Virus record (IMG/VR): IMGVR_UViG_3300008107_000166
Span: 1 to 35,909 of that record
Source: a virus
Taxonomy: Duplodnaviria; Caudoviricetes
Reading direction: 5' to 3' (one strand)
Length of the DNA: 35,909 nucleotides
The notes beneath the pieces are model-generated. The model ran no database searches, was not told the DNA's origin, and saw only the letters and a program-made list of their open reading frames with translations. Numbering within the stretch: position 1 is the stretch's first letter; each line of letters starts with the position of its first letter. Positions 1-9,192 of the stretch are shown one piece after another. A program made the translations under genes and the position numbers.

Positions 1-114
1 CAGTACATCCACGCCAACTGCCGTATTTGTTGAGACGTTCCCAACGCCCTGCCCGACAGCCATGCCGTCGATGGTGGCTTGGTTGGTGCTGACGAGCGTG
101 TTGGCCGTGAGCGT
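1..114. repeat. Terminal direct repeat, copy 1 (circular assembly overlap)
   Basis: Bases 1-114 (cagtacatcc...cgtgagcgt) are identical to 35796-35909. Confidence 0.97.
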
Positions 115-1812
115 TGTGCCGTCAAACGTAAGGTTGGACGATCCCGACAATACCTTGGATGCATTGAGGTACTGGACTTGGTTGGCAGTGCCGCCGTTGA
201 GCGTCAAGTTACCCGACAGCGTGGCCGTTCCTGCGTTGACCGAGGCGATGGACGCGCCCGTAACCGTCAGCCCTGTGATAACCGCCGTGCCGACGTTAGC
301 CGACGCTACGCTGGCTCCGGTCGCGGTAAGGGCTGTAACCGTGCCTGTGGTGATTAGCGCCACACCGACGTTAGCGGAGGCAATAGACGCACTCGTAGCC
401 GTCAGGTTGTTGATAACCGCCACGCCCGCGTTGATGGAGGCGATGGAGGCAGCCGTAAACTGAAGGTTGCCGATGTTGGCCGAGGCGATAGATGCGCCAG
501 AGGCGTTCAGCGTCGTAACCGTAGCAGTCGTCAGCAGGGCTACCCCTGCGTTCATGCTGGCAACCGAGGCTGAGGTGGCCGTAAGGTTGGTAACCGATCC
601 GGTCGTGATAGCCGCAACTGCCGCGTTCATGGAGGCGGCGGAAACGGTCGTAACGTTGACCTTGCCCGTTAAATCGTCAATGGTCATCGACGCCGTGCCG
701 TCCTTTGCCTTGATGTTTGTGACTTCAAGGTTGGTCAGGTCAAGGGTCGTCGTGTTGACGGTGGTAATGGTCGCCGTCGTAAAGACCGCCGAGGCAGCCG
801 AGACGGTCGTAAAGTTACCCACAGCCGGGGACGATCCGCCGATGGTGGTAGCGTCAATCGTGCCGCCGTTGATGTCAGCCGTCGTGGCAACAACGCTGTT
901 AAGCGTCACAACGCCCGTAGCGTCGGCAATAGAGCCTGCGGCAGTCCCGTCCTTTGCCTTAATGTTCGTGACTTCAAGGTTGGTGCTGTCCACCGTCGTA
1001 GCGTTGACCGTCGTGATGTTGCCGGTCGTTGCGCCAACGGTCGTAAACGTACCCGCAGCCGCCGTGCCGCCGCCGATGGTCGTGCCGTCGATGGTTCCGC
1101 CGTTGATGTCGGCAGTCGTAATGGTGCCAATGTCAGCCCACGTTCCAATGACCGATACATTGTTGGTCAGCGTCCAGCCGCTTGCTTGAAAGTTGACCGT
1201 ATCCGCAGCCGCATTGCCGACCTGAAGGTTGCCGTTAAGGGTCGTTGCCCCGGCCACCGTCAGCGTGCCGGAGACGTTCAGGTTGGTAAAACTGTTGACC
1301 GCGCTAATCAACTGGAAGCGCGTGCCGTCGTACACCACGGCAACCATTTCGCCCGATACGATGTCACCGGCCACAAGGGCGGTCGTACCGTCGCGTGTAA
1401 CGGCTTTAGCGCCGAGGGTGTCGATGTTAAGGGTAACAGCGCCCGTGTTTGTGGCAGGGGCGACAAAGTAGTACACAGCGCCTGTGACGTAGGCAACCAG
1501 TGCAGGCGTCAGCGTACCCGTCAGCGTGTCGGTTCCGGTGACCGTGACAAGGGCAGCGCCGTTGCTTTGAATCTGCGCGACCGTGGCCGCGTCTGTGGCA
1601 GCCGTGCCGGTGGCAAGGTTTGTGATCTTGAACCCGCCCATTGGAATGTTGGCGGTCGGCGTGGTCTGCCCGTCCTTGGTGATACAGGTAGACAAGCCGT
1701 TAGCAAGGTCAGACGTCAACGCATTGAACGTCGTGGCCGAAATGACGGTGTTAGCGACGACAGGCTGGCCTGCCGAGTTGATGACGAACGTCCCAGAACC
1801 ATTGAAAGACAT
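1..1812 (-). CDS. Tail fibre, N-terminal part (continues across the origin into 35795..33219; 1462 aa in total)
   Basis: Absent from the ORF track because it runs off the edge. ATG at 1812 follows the RBS GAGGAG. Translates MSFNGSGTFVINSAGQPVVANTVISATTFNALTSDLANGLSTCITKDGQTTPTANIPMGGFKITNL (podovirus fibre anchor-like), then Thr/Ala/Ser-rich repeats. In frame with 33219..35858. Confidence 0.92.
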   Translation of the reverse strand, partial: MSFNGSGTFVINSAGQPVVANTVISATTFNALTSDLANGLSTCITKDGQTTPTANIPMGGFKITNLATGTAATDAATVAQIQSNGAALVTVTGTDTLTGTLTPALVAYVTGAVYYFVAPATNTGAVTLNIDTLGAKAVTRDGTTALVAGDIVSGEMVAVVYDGTRFQLISAVNSFTNLNVSGTLTVAGATTLNGNLQVGNAAADTVNFQASGWTLTNNVSVIGTWADIGTITTADINGGTIDGTTIGGGTAAAGTFTTVGATTGNITTVNATTVDSTNLEVTNIKAKDGTAAGSIADATGVVTLNSVVATTADINGGTIDATTIGGSSPAVGNFTTVSAASAVFTTATITTVNTTTLDLTNLEVTNIKAKDGTASMTIDDLTGKVNVTTVSAASMNAAVAAITTGSVTNLTATSASVASMNAGVALLTTATVTTLNASGASIASANIGNLQFTAASIASINAGVAVINNLTATSASIASANVGVALITTGTVTALTATGASVASANVGTAVITGLTVTGASIASVNAGTATLSGNLTLNGGTANQVQYLNASKVLSGSSNLTFDGTTLTANTLVSTNQATIDGMAVGQGVGNVSTNTAVGVDVL

Positions 1813-1818
1813 CTGTGC

Positions 1819-3789
1819 TTACTCCTCTTTTTGCCGCGTTGCGCCGGTGGTTGTGCCACCACCCGCGCCGCCAATGGCGCTTGCTCTACGCACGCGCCGT
1901 TTTGCAAGTTCTCTTGCTACGTTTTCCATAGAGAAAACATCTTGCTCTGCGCGGGGGCCGCCCATCATTAACGCTCGGGCAAGTTGATCTCGTGTTTTTT
2001 CTGGCAGTTGCGCCTGATTCCACATTCTTGCAGCGCCAGTAATAAATTGCATTGGGCCGCCAGAGGCCATACCGCCTACATCTAACGCTAAATCTGCGTT
2101 CATTTCGCCAAGCGCAGTTTGGCGCGATACCGTTTGCGAATTACGGCCAAGCACATCGGCTTCACGCATTGTGCGTTCAGCAAGCATGGTGCGGTAAAAC
2201 TGGTCAAACTTTTCTGGCGATCCAAACACTACTTGCAATTTTTCACGCGGCACAAAGTTTTCAACTAAGTTCATCATCTCGGTGCGGCCGCCTTTAGACG
2301 TACCAACTTTGCTGCGAATTGCCTCAAACGCGCCAATTCTAAAAGCCTCCAACTCAGAATCAGACATTTTTGACAGGTTTTTGCGCAATTGATCGGCAGA
2401 CAAACTAGGGCTTAACACGGTTCTACCCAAATCTGCCGCTTCACTTGCGGCGCTGGGGCCAGCCCATGCGTCTAACGCTTGTTTGTAAACAGATTGACCT
2501 GTTTTTGGATTAGTTGTGCTGTCAATTAGTTCTGCCCGCAGTTTGTTTCTAAGTTCTTCATACGACAATCCCAACTTGCTAATTTTGCCAGTTGCCTTGT
2601 CTGTTTCTTTCTCAACAAGTGCGTCAAGACCTTCTTTAATGTTTGCCAAATCAGAAGCGTTGTAAGTGCCGCTTTCTGTGCCTTTATATGTCCAACCCTT
2701 ACCGCCTCGCGTTACCTGCTGCGTTTTTGCAAGACTGCGAGCAATGCGCGTCGCGCCTAATTCTTCCGCACGTTTTACAATGCTTCCGATAACACCAGAA
2801 GGGTCAGATACCGACATTCCTTCTAGACGTAGGTACAACGGGCCGGCTTCGCGGGATCGTTGTTTGGCAAGGTCATCAAGCGTTGAAACAACGCGTTTGC
2901 CGCCCGTGTCAAGTCCTTCTTGGCCAGCCGCTGCCATGCGTTCACCGCGACTAAAAGCACGTTGTTCAACAAAATCACGCAACTCTTGTTTGCTTCTGCC
3001 CGGCAAAGTGGCTAACAAATCGGCAAGTTGCCGTGAGTTTTCGCCTACATCTAACAACGCTGATTCTGGGCCAAGATTGCGCAGTCTATTTGCCACATAC
3101 GGGCCTACGTCTTGACCCTCTGGCGTATCACGAATCAATGCTTGAATAAGCCGCTTCTGCGCTTCTGACAACGCTATTTTCTGCGATGCCCGCTCACCAA
3201 TGTTTGTACCCACAGCGCCAAGCACATTCGTGCCTGCACTTGACGCACCGCCGCCTGCCGCGCCCATGAAAGTACCAAACAAGATGTCGCGCATTCGTTC
3301 TTCATCAGTCTTGGCATTGGAATAGCCAATTCCTGAAACACCGCCCTCAACACCGCCCGTCATTGCGGCGGTGCCAACGCGAGCCATTGGCCCAACGTCT
3401 ATGGCTTGCGGAGGAGGCACTCGGGGTGCGCCAACCATCCTTGCGCCAACATTAGCAATTGTGGGGCCAGCAGTTACGCCGATCAGACTTGGCGCCATTG
3501 ACCCTACAACATCAAGACCAAATGAAGTTTTTGGGTAATCCTCTGTGAATTGCGTAGACGCGCCACGAATCATCTCTCCGGTTTTTGGGCCAGTAAGAGA
3601 TGGCAACAATCCAAAACTTAACGCTTGAGCAGTTTTTAATGCCACTTGCGCAGGTCGGGGCATTGTCCGGCCAGCCTTGAATTCTTCTGATTCGGGTTCA
3701 GCAAATGACACAACGGATGGGCCGTGAGTCAACCGTTTACGGCTTTCTAACTCTTGCAGTCGTCGCAATTCTTCAGGCGTGAGGGCCAT
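1819..3789 (-). CDS. Putative internal virion / DNA ejection protein (656 aa)
   Basis: Large helical protein with Gly-rich hydrophobic segments, at the last ejection-protein position before the tail fibre in P22-like gene order. Confidence 0.65.
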   Translation of the reverse strand: MALTPEELRRLQELESRKRLTHGPSVVSFAEPESEEFKAGRTMPRPAQVALKTAQALSFGLLPSLTGPKTGEMIRGASTQFTEDYPKTSFGLDVVGSMAPSLIGVTAGPTIANVGARMVGAPRVPPPQAIDVGPMARVGTAAMTGGVEGGVSGIGYSNAKTDEERMRDILFGTFMGAAGGGASSAGTNVLGAVGTNIGERASQKIALSEAQKRLIQALIRDTPEGQDVGPYVANRLRNLGPESALLDVGENSRQLADLLATLPGRSKQELRDFVEQRAFSRGERMAAAGQEGLDTGGKRVVSTLDDLAKQRSREAGPLYLRLEGMSVSDPSGVIGSIVKRAEELGATRIARSLAKTQQVTRGGKGWTYKGTESGTYNASDLANIKEGLDALVEKETDKATGKISKLGLSYEELRNKLRAELIDSTTNPKTGQSVYKQALDAWAGPSAASEAADLGRTVLSPSLSADQLRKNLSKMSDSELEAFRIGAFEAIRSKVGTSKGGRTEMMNLVENFVPREKLQVVFGSPEKFDQFYRTMLAERTMREADVLGRNSQTVSRQTALGEMNADLALDVGGMASGGPMQFITGAARMWNQAQLPEKTRDQLARALMMGGPRAEQDVFSMENVARELAKRRVRRASAIGGAGGGTTTGATRQKEE

Positions 3790-3791
3790 TG

Positions 3792-5048
3792 TTATTGCCT
3801 CCCTTGTGCCTTATTTCTTAACCGTTGCAATTCTTTTTCGTCATCGTCTGACCAAAGAGGAATTGGCTTAAACGGTTCAATAACATTTTGAACATTCAGA
3901 TCGCTTCTTTCTGCAATGCCTTGATAGTCTGAAAGCAACTTGTTAACCGTTGCCTCCCGCGCTTTATAAAAATTAAGAGCGGATTCTATTAGTTGTTGCC
4001 GCCGTGCAGGCAACATTCTTCCGCTTTTGGCTTCTTCGTATGCTGATTGCAATTGACCGCCTAAACTTCCTTCTTTAGCGCGGAGGTCAAAATCTTCTTT
4101 GCGAACCGCTCCGCTTGAATCTGCGGCTTTGGCAACGGCATACACAATATCAACGTCACCCACTGGTGTTTCTGGTGCCGTCAAAATGCGTTGCATAGCA
4201 CTTTGCGTACCTGCCCAATCCATCTTGTTAAGGCGTCCCTCAAGTTGATCGCGCAACAAACTTTCATCTTTTTGACGGTCACGAGTTGATGGCATATTTA
4301 CAACAGGCGCTTTGCTGCCTGCTTCGCTTTCTATTGCCTTGTCCCAAATTGGAATGCGCGGATCGCCGGGAGAAAATTGGCTGCGTTCGTTAAACAGTTT
4401 TGCCAACGAACTCCCCGGCGCCGGCTTTGGTGATGCCGTTACGGGTTTGCCGCCCATCATCACAGGCGTTGCTTGCCCATCGGTGACGTTTAACAGTTGA
4501 TCGCCAAATTCCATTGTTTGCGTTTGCGGTTCCTGCCCAGCCAAAACTTGTGCGAGGCGCTGTGCGGTCGGCGTTCCGCTCACGGCATAATTTGCAAAAA
4601 TGTTTTGGCGCTCTTTTGCCGTTGGGCCAACCATTTCAGTACGCAATGGCGATTGCACGCTTGGGCCATATGACAATTGCCCTTCTTCGTTAATTTGCGG
4701 CATTCCCATTGTGCCAGCAATTTCTGCGCCTGTTGGCGCGGCTATGCGGGCTTCTGGTGCAAGTTCTCGCCTCAACCGTTCTGCACCCTCTATGTCCGCT
4801 TCTCGCGCACGCTGTTCGGCTTCTTCGGCTTTTTCTCCGGCCTTTTTGGAACCGTATATTTTTAGCAACTTGCCAAGGGCAGCAGCCGGGGACGGCATTG
4901 CGCGGAACCCTTGATAAGTAAACGGCTCATCCTCCGCCATTGCCTGCTCTTGCAGCAGTTCGGCGTACCGGCGTTGCTGTTCAGCCTTGCGCCGCTCCAT
5001 TTCGTAGGGCGACGGGGGCGTAAACGCTTGGTAAGTTTTAATTGCCAT
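3792..5048 (-). CDS. Putative internal virion / DNA ejection protein (418 aa)
   Basis: ATG at 5048 follows GAGGGG. Helical protein positioned between the pilot-like protein and the large ejection protein. Confidence 0.62.
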   Translation of the reverse strand: MAIKTYQAFTPPSPYEMERRKAEQQRRYAELLQEQAMAEDEPFTYQGFRAMPSPAAALGKLLKIYGSKKAGEKAEEAEQRAREADIEGAERLRRELAPEARIAAPTGAEIAGTMGMPQINEEGQLSYGPSVQSPLRTEMVGPTAKERQNIFANYAVSGTPTAQRLAQVLAGQEPQTQTMEFGDQLLNVTDGQATPVMMGGKPVTASPKPAPGSSLAKLFNERSQFSPGDPRIPIWDKAIESEAGSKAPVVNMPSTRDRQKDESLLRDQLEGRLNKMDWAGTQSAMQRILTAPETPVGDVDIVYAVAKAADSSGAVRKEDFDLRAKEGSLGGQLQSAYEEAKSGRMLPARRQQLIESALNFYKAREATVNKLLSDYQGIAERSDLNVQNVIEPFKPIPLWSDDDEKELQRLRNKAQGRQ

Positions 5049-5436
5049 CAAAGTCCCCTCGGTAGGCTCCTCCCTGCGGCGTCGTCATGCCGGGGGAGGA
5101 CGGGTACCCGCGTGCGCCTGCACCCATTGGCCGCCTCATGCCACCAATCTGCGGTGCGCCTTGCTGCGGCGGAGCCATTGCGCTCATTGCGGGGTTGCTG
5201 ATTGGGCCACGGTACTGCTGCGGGCCAGCCGGGCCGTTAAAGTTCATGCTTTGCGGGGCGACACCGGGTGCGCTGTTGGGCGTTGCGCCAGCGTATGCCA
5301 GCGACGGGCGCATTGGCTGTTGCGGCACAGGGCTGTCAAGGCTGCTATTGCGTTCCTGCATTGCCAACATACGCGCCAACTCTTGTGGGCGACGATCAGG
5401 TTGCATCGGCATACTCATCGGGCGTCGTCCGTTCAT
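5038..5436 (-). CDS. Pro/Met/Gly-rich low-complexity hypothetical protein (132 aa)
   Basis: Fills the gap between two ejection genes and overlaps the next start; composition suggests disorder. Confidence 0.7.
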   Translation of the reverse strand: MNGRRPMSMPMQPDRRPQELARMLAMQERNSSLDSPVPQQPMRPSLAYAGATPNSAPGVAPQSMNFNGPAGPQQYRGPISNPAMSAMAPPQQGAPQIGGMRRPMGAGARGYPSSPGMTTPQGGAYRGDFDGN

Positions 5437-5441
5437 GGTTA

Positions 5442-8400
5442 TTATCTCCCAAACAATCCGCTTAAAAATCCACCGCTAGGTGCGCCAGCAAATGCGCCTG
5501 CCAGCCCGTACAAACCGGACATATTGCTAGCGGCTTGGTTGGCTTGGATGCCGTAACGCTGCATTGCGGAAGCATCTTGTGCCTGCATGGCTTGCAGGTA
5601 CGGCGTCGGGGCGACCGATACGCCGCTGTAGCCTTGGAACTGCGGCATTTGCACTTGCGATCCCGACAACAACGCTGAAATCTCGTTGAGCGGCTGATTT
5701 CGCATGGCAAGTTGCTGTTGCAACGCTTGCTGTACGGCTTGGTTTGCAAACGTACCCGCGCCAGCGGCTTGGTTGTACATCTGCTGCTGTGCGGCGTTCT
5801 GCGCGGCTTGTTGCTGCAACGCGGCTTGCTGGTTTTGCAAGGTTGATGCGTTGTACAGCCCTTGGATGTCCATGGCCTGACCAAACCGCTGTTGCTGCGC
5901 TTGGTTTGCAAAGGCTTGCGCGGCCAATGCTTGCTGGTATTGCTGCAACTGCGCTTGGTTGCCAAATTCTGCTTGCGCCCCAGCCTGCTGGAAGCCCTGC
6001 TGTTGACGGGCAAGGTTGGCCTGATACGCCGCCAGTGCCTGTTGTTGGTTCTGTGCAAGGGCGCGGTTCTGCAACTCTTGCGCCGTGACCTGTTGACCAA
6101 ACTGCTGGCCTTGGCCCGACAACATGGCTTGGTAACGCTGCAAAGCGGCCTGCTGGTTCTGCGCGAGCGCCTGATTGGCGAACTCGGCCTGTCCCATTTG
6201 CTGGGCAAACTGCTGCTGTTGGGCTTGGTTTGCGGCCTGCTGCTGTTGTAGCGCCGTCTGTTGGTTTTGCGCCAATGCTTGATTTCCCAACTGCGCGGCT
6301 TGGGCTTGCTGACCAAAGGTCTGACCCTGCAATGCGGCGTTGACCTGTGCCTGCTGGGCTGCGGCGGCTTGGTTCTGTGCAACCGCTTGGTTTGCCAGTT
6401 CCTGCGCCGACAATTGCTGACCAAACTGCTGTGCGCCCGCTTGGTTCTGCATCTGTGCAGCGGCTTGGGCTTGGGCAAAGTTCTGCGCGACGGCTTGGTT
6501 TTGCGCCTGCGCTGCCTGTTGACCCATACCAAATTGGGCCAGCAACGCATCGCGGTTAAATTCACCCGCACCAACCGCCTGACCGTACTGCTGCGCCTGC
6601 GCGGCGTTTGCAGCCTGCTGGGCAGCAAGGGCTTGCTGGAAGTTTTGCCCAATGGCTTGATTCTGCGCTTGTGCGGCTTGCTGACCCGTCTGGAACGTCG
6701 CCAGTTGCGCTTCGCGGCCAAACTCGCCTGCGGCTACGCGCTGCAAGAAGTTTTGCTGCTGGGCTTGGTTGCCTTGCTGTGCGGCGGCTAACGCTTGTTG
6801 GAAATTTTGGGCGGCAGCCTGATTAGCCATTTGCTGCGCTTGCTGCTGTGTGCCAAATCCAGCCAAAGCGGCTTGTTGCCCAAATTCTTGGCCTGCCAAT
6901 TGTTGTGCAAAGCCTTGTTGCTGTGCTGCATTTTGCGCCTGCTGTGCGGCAAGAGCCTGTTGGAAGTTTTGACCTTGCGCCTCGTTAACCGCCCGCTGGG
7001 CCTGCTGACCCATGCCAAACGACGCCATTTGCGCTTCTTGTCCAAACTGACCGGCTTGCACGCGCTGTTGGAACGCTTGCTGCTGCGCCATGTTCTGCGC
7101 GGATTGCGCGGCCAACGACTGCTGGAAATTCTGCGCCAATGCTTCGTTGTAAAGGCCAAGACCCTGTGCGCCCAAACCAAACTGTTGTTGTGCGGCTTGG
7201 TTGGCAAAGTCGGCCAGCGTTTGTTGCTCGGCCAGCCCTTGTTGACGCATAGAAGCGTCAAGCGAAATGCCCTGCAACGCGGCTTGGGTACGCAAGTCGT
7301 TTTCACGCTGCGCTTGCAGTTCCATTTCGGCGTTGTACGCCTCACCGCCCGGTCGCAAGCCTTGGTTGACAAGGCGCTGCTCCAACTGCGCCCGTTCGCG
7401 CTGCAACTGCGGGTCAAGGCGCGACATGATGGCGCTCTGGGCGTTCATGCCAGCGTTAACCGGCATGGCGGCCAACCCTTGCGTGGCTAACTGACGTTGC
7501 AGTTCTGGCGTGGCAAGGTCGCCGCGTGCGTACCCAAACCGGCCTTCCTGCACGTTGCGCGACACATCGCCCACACCCGACAGGTTAAGGTTTGCGTCAA
7601 GCGACGGCGCGGCAGGGCCGCCAATGGCGCGACCAAACTGATCGCCAGAGGGGGCGTTTGCCAACCCGCCGACGCGGCTGGCGTCAAACCCGCCGAGGTT
7701 CAGCCCACCGGGGCCAGCGCCTGCAAGGCCATACAGACCTGCGCTCGGGCCACCCTGCGCTGCACCAAGCCCAGACAGGTCAAGGCCGCCAAACTGCACA
7801 CCACCCGGGCCACCCGTTGCGGCGCCAAACTGCCCGCCCGTGGGTGCGCCTTGCACACCGCCGACACCGGCAAGGTTCAACTGGCCGAGGTTGTACGCGC
7901 CGGGGCCGCCCTGCGCCATGCCGTACTGACCCGCCTGCGGGCCGTAAGCCACGTTTGTCGGCGTAACGTTTGCACCCGCCTGACCATACGCGGCAAAGTT
8001 GACCTGCCCGGGGACTCCCGCCCCAGCCTGCACGCCACCCGTCCCTGCTTGACCCATGCCAGCAAGGTTCGGTGCGCCGCTTACAGCGCCCGTGGGGCCG
8101 ATATTGGAATACGCCTGCCCTTGGTATAGGTCGTAAGCGTTTGGCAGCGTCAAAGCGTTGACGTTCGATCCTGCCTGCCCTGTTGAAGTAAACGCACCGG
8201 GCATCTGGTCGGCGGTAAAGCCAGTTTGCAGGGTTGTTGGCGTGGGCGCACCCGCGACCGCTCCGCCCGTGCCTGCTGCAACGCCGCCCGCTTGACCGTA
8301 CTGGGCTAAGTTTGGCGTCTGCGCGACTTGGCCGTAGTTTGCCAATGCCGTCTGGATTTGCGGCAGTTGGGCTTGGAAGTCTTGGGCAAGAAACTTGTTA

Positions 8401-8789
8401 AGGTCGCCAATTTCGCGCAGCCCCAAGAGGCCCATCGCCTGCTCGGCTTGCTGCTGCGTGGCAAAAATGTCCTTGGCCGGGCCGACTAACTCTTGGCGGA
8501 CGGTCGGCTGCTCAACAAACGACGTATATTGATCCTTAGTCGGTTCGGCAACGTTTTCTACGCCAGCCGCAGACTTGGCCTGAAATTCGGCCATCGCCTT
8601 GTCGTATTCCGACTGGTTAAATTGCGGGGTCTTTTGCCACGTAACCGTCTGCTGCGCTGTCGGCGTGTAGACGTTCGGGTTAGACATATAAGCCGACTGT
8701 TTAGCGGCTTCGATGTTCTCCTGACCCTGTTGCCGCGCAATCGCGGCGTAGTCAGGTGTTGGCGGCGGTGCCGGTGATCTTTTGCCCAT
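5442..8789 (-). CDS. Gln/Ala/Gly-rich DNA ejection (pilot-like) protein with long internal repeats (1115 aa)
   Basis: N-terminus MGKRSPAPPPTPDY; central core SAIMSRLDPQLQRERAQLEQRLVNQGLRPGGEAY; C-terminal Gly-rich hydrophobic tail; directly follows the GNAT gene, as P22 gp7 follows gp14. Confidence 0.72.
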   Translation of the reverse strand: MGKRSPAPPPTPDYAAIARQQGQENIEAAKQSAYMSNPNVYTPTAQQTVTWQKTPQFNQSEYDKAMAEFQAKSAAGVENVAEPTKDQYTSFVEQPTVRQELVGPAKDIFATQQQAEQAMGLLGLREIGDLNKFLAQDFQAQLPQIQTALANYGQVAQTPNLAQYGQAGGVAAGTGGAVAGAPTPTTLQTGFTADQMPGAFTSTGQAGSNVNALTLPNAYDLYQGQAYSNIGPTGAVSGAPNLAGMGQAGTGGVQAGAGVPGQVNFAAYGQAGANVTPTNVAYGPQAGQYGMAQGGPGAYNLGQLNLAGVGGVQGAPTGGQFGAATGGPGGVQFGGLDLSGLGAAQGGPSAGLYGLAGAGPGGLNLGGFDASRVGGLANAPSGDQFGRAIGGPAAPSLDANLNLSGVGDVSRNVQEGRFGYARGDLATPELQRQLATQGLAAMPVNAGMNAQSAIMSRLDPQLQRERAQLEQRLVNQGLRPGGEAYNAEMELQAQRENDLRTQAALQGISLDASMRQQGLAEQQTLADFANQAAQQQFGLGAQGLGLYNEALAQNFQQSLAAQSAQNMAQQQAFQQRVQAGQFGQEAQMASFGMGQQAQRAVNEAQGQNFQQALAAQQAQNAAQQQGFAQQLAGQEFGQQAALAGFGTQQQAQQMANQAAAQNFQQALAAAQQGNQAQQQNFLQRVAAGEFGREAQLATFQTGQQAAQAQNQAIGQNFQQALAAQQAANAAQAQQYGQAVGAGEFNRDALLAQFGMGQQAAQAQNQAVAQNFAQAQAAAQMQNQAGAQQFGQQLSAQELANQAVAQNQAAAAQQAQVNAALQGQTFGQQAQAAQLGNQALAQNQQTALQQQQAANQAQQQQFAQQMGQAEFANQALAQNQQAALQRYQAMLSGQGQQFGQQVTAQELQNRALAQNQQQALAAYQANLARQQQGFQQAGAQAEFGNQAQLQQYQQALAAQAFANQAQQQRFGQAMDIQGLYNASTLQNQQAALQQQAAQNAAQQQMYNQAAGAGTFANQAVQQALQQQLAMRNQPLNEISALLSGSQVQMPQFQGYSGVSVAPTPYLQAMQAQDASAMQRYGIQANQAASNMSGLYGLAGAFAGAPSGGFLSGLFGR

Positions 8790-9192
8790 ACCGAGGCTCC
8801 AAATAACGACACCGTTCTGGTGTCTGCGTCATAAAAACAATGTCTCCATCGGGAGCGGCGTTCTTGATCCGCGCCTCCTCTGAAAACCCCATTTTCGTGA
8901 CCAATTTGAGCGCCCGGGTATGGTTGCTGCTGATTGGCCCTATGATCTTATCAACATTTGCGACGTTATAGGGATAGTCATACACCGCCGCCAAGTAGGC
9001 CGGGGTGATCTGATCCCAAGTGATATGGCATACGACTGACTTGCCGTTCCACATCTCGTACACCGTACCGGCGACCAGTTCGCCGTCCCGCTCCAGCCCA
9101 ATGGCGGCTGAACGGTCAGCGTTGTACGCCCCGTCGGTGCGAGACATGACCCAATGGCCCACATGGGGGCCGCTGACTATATTCCAGCCCAT
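8752..9192 (-). CDS. GNAT-family acetyltransferase-like virion assembly protein (P22 gp14-like position)
   Basis: C-terminal NHTRALKLVTKMGFSEEARI matches the GNAT N-xx-A-xx-L-xx-K-x-GF pattern. Confidence 0.75.
   Translation of the reverse strand: MGWNIVSGPHVGHWVMSRTDGAYNADRSAAIGLERDGELVAGTVYEMWNGKSVVCHITWDQITPAYLAAVYDYPYNVANVDKIIGPISSNHTRALKLVTKMGFSEEARIKNAAPDGDIVFMTQTPERCRYLEPRYGQKITGTAANT

Noticed and set aside
1-114. End repeat as a biological terminal repeat or att site
   Set aside because: It lies mid-gene with the frame preserved, which is typical of assembler overlap on a circular or permuted genome.
62-1987. + strand ORFs 62-463, 467-1189, 1186-1971 and 1583-1987
   Set aside because: Antisense shadows of the tail-fibre gene.
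5462-8129. Arg-rich alternative-frame and Leu-rich antisense ORFs inside the Gln-rich gene
   Set aside because: By-products of CAG/CAA/GCN repeats lacking stops; no RBS or domain signal.
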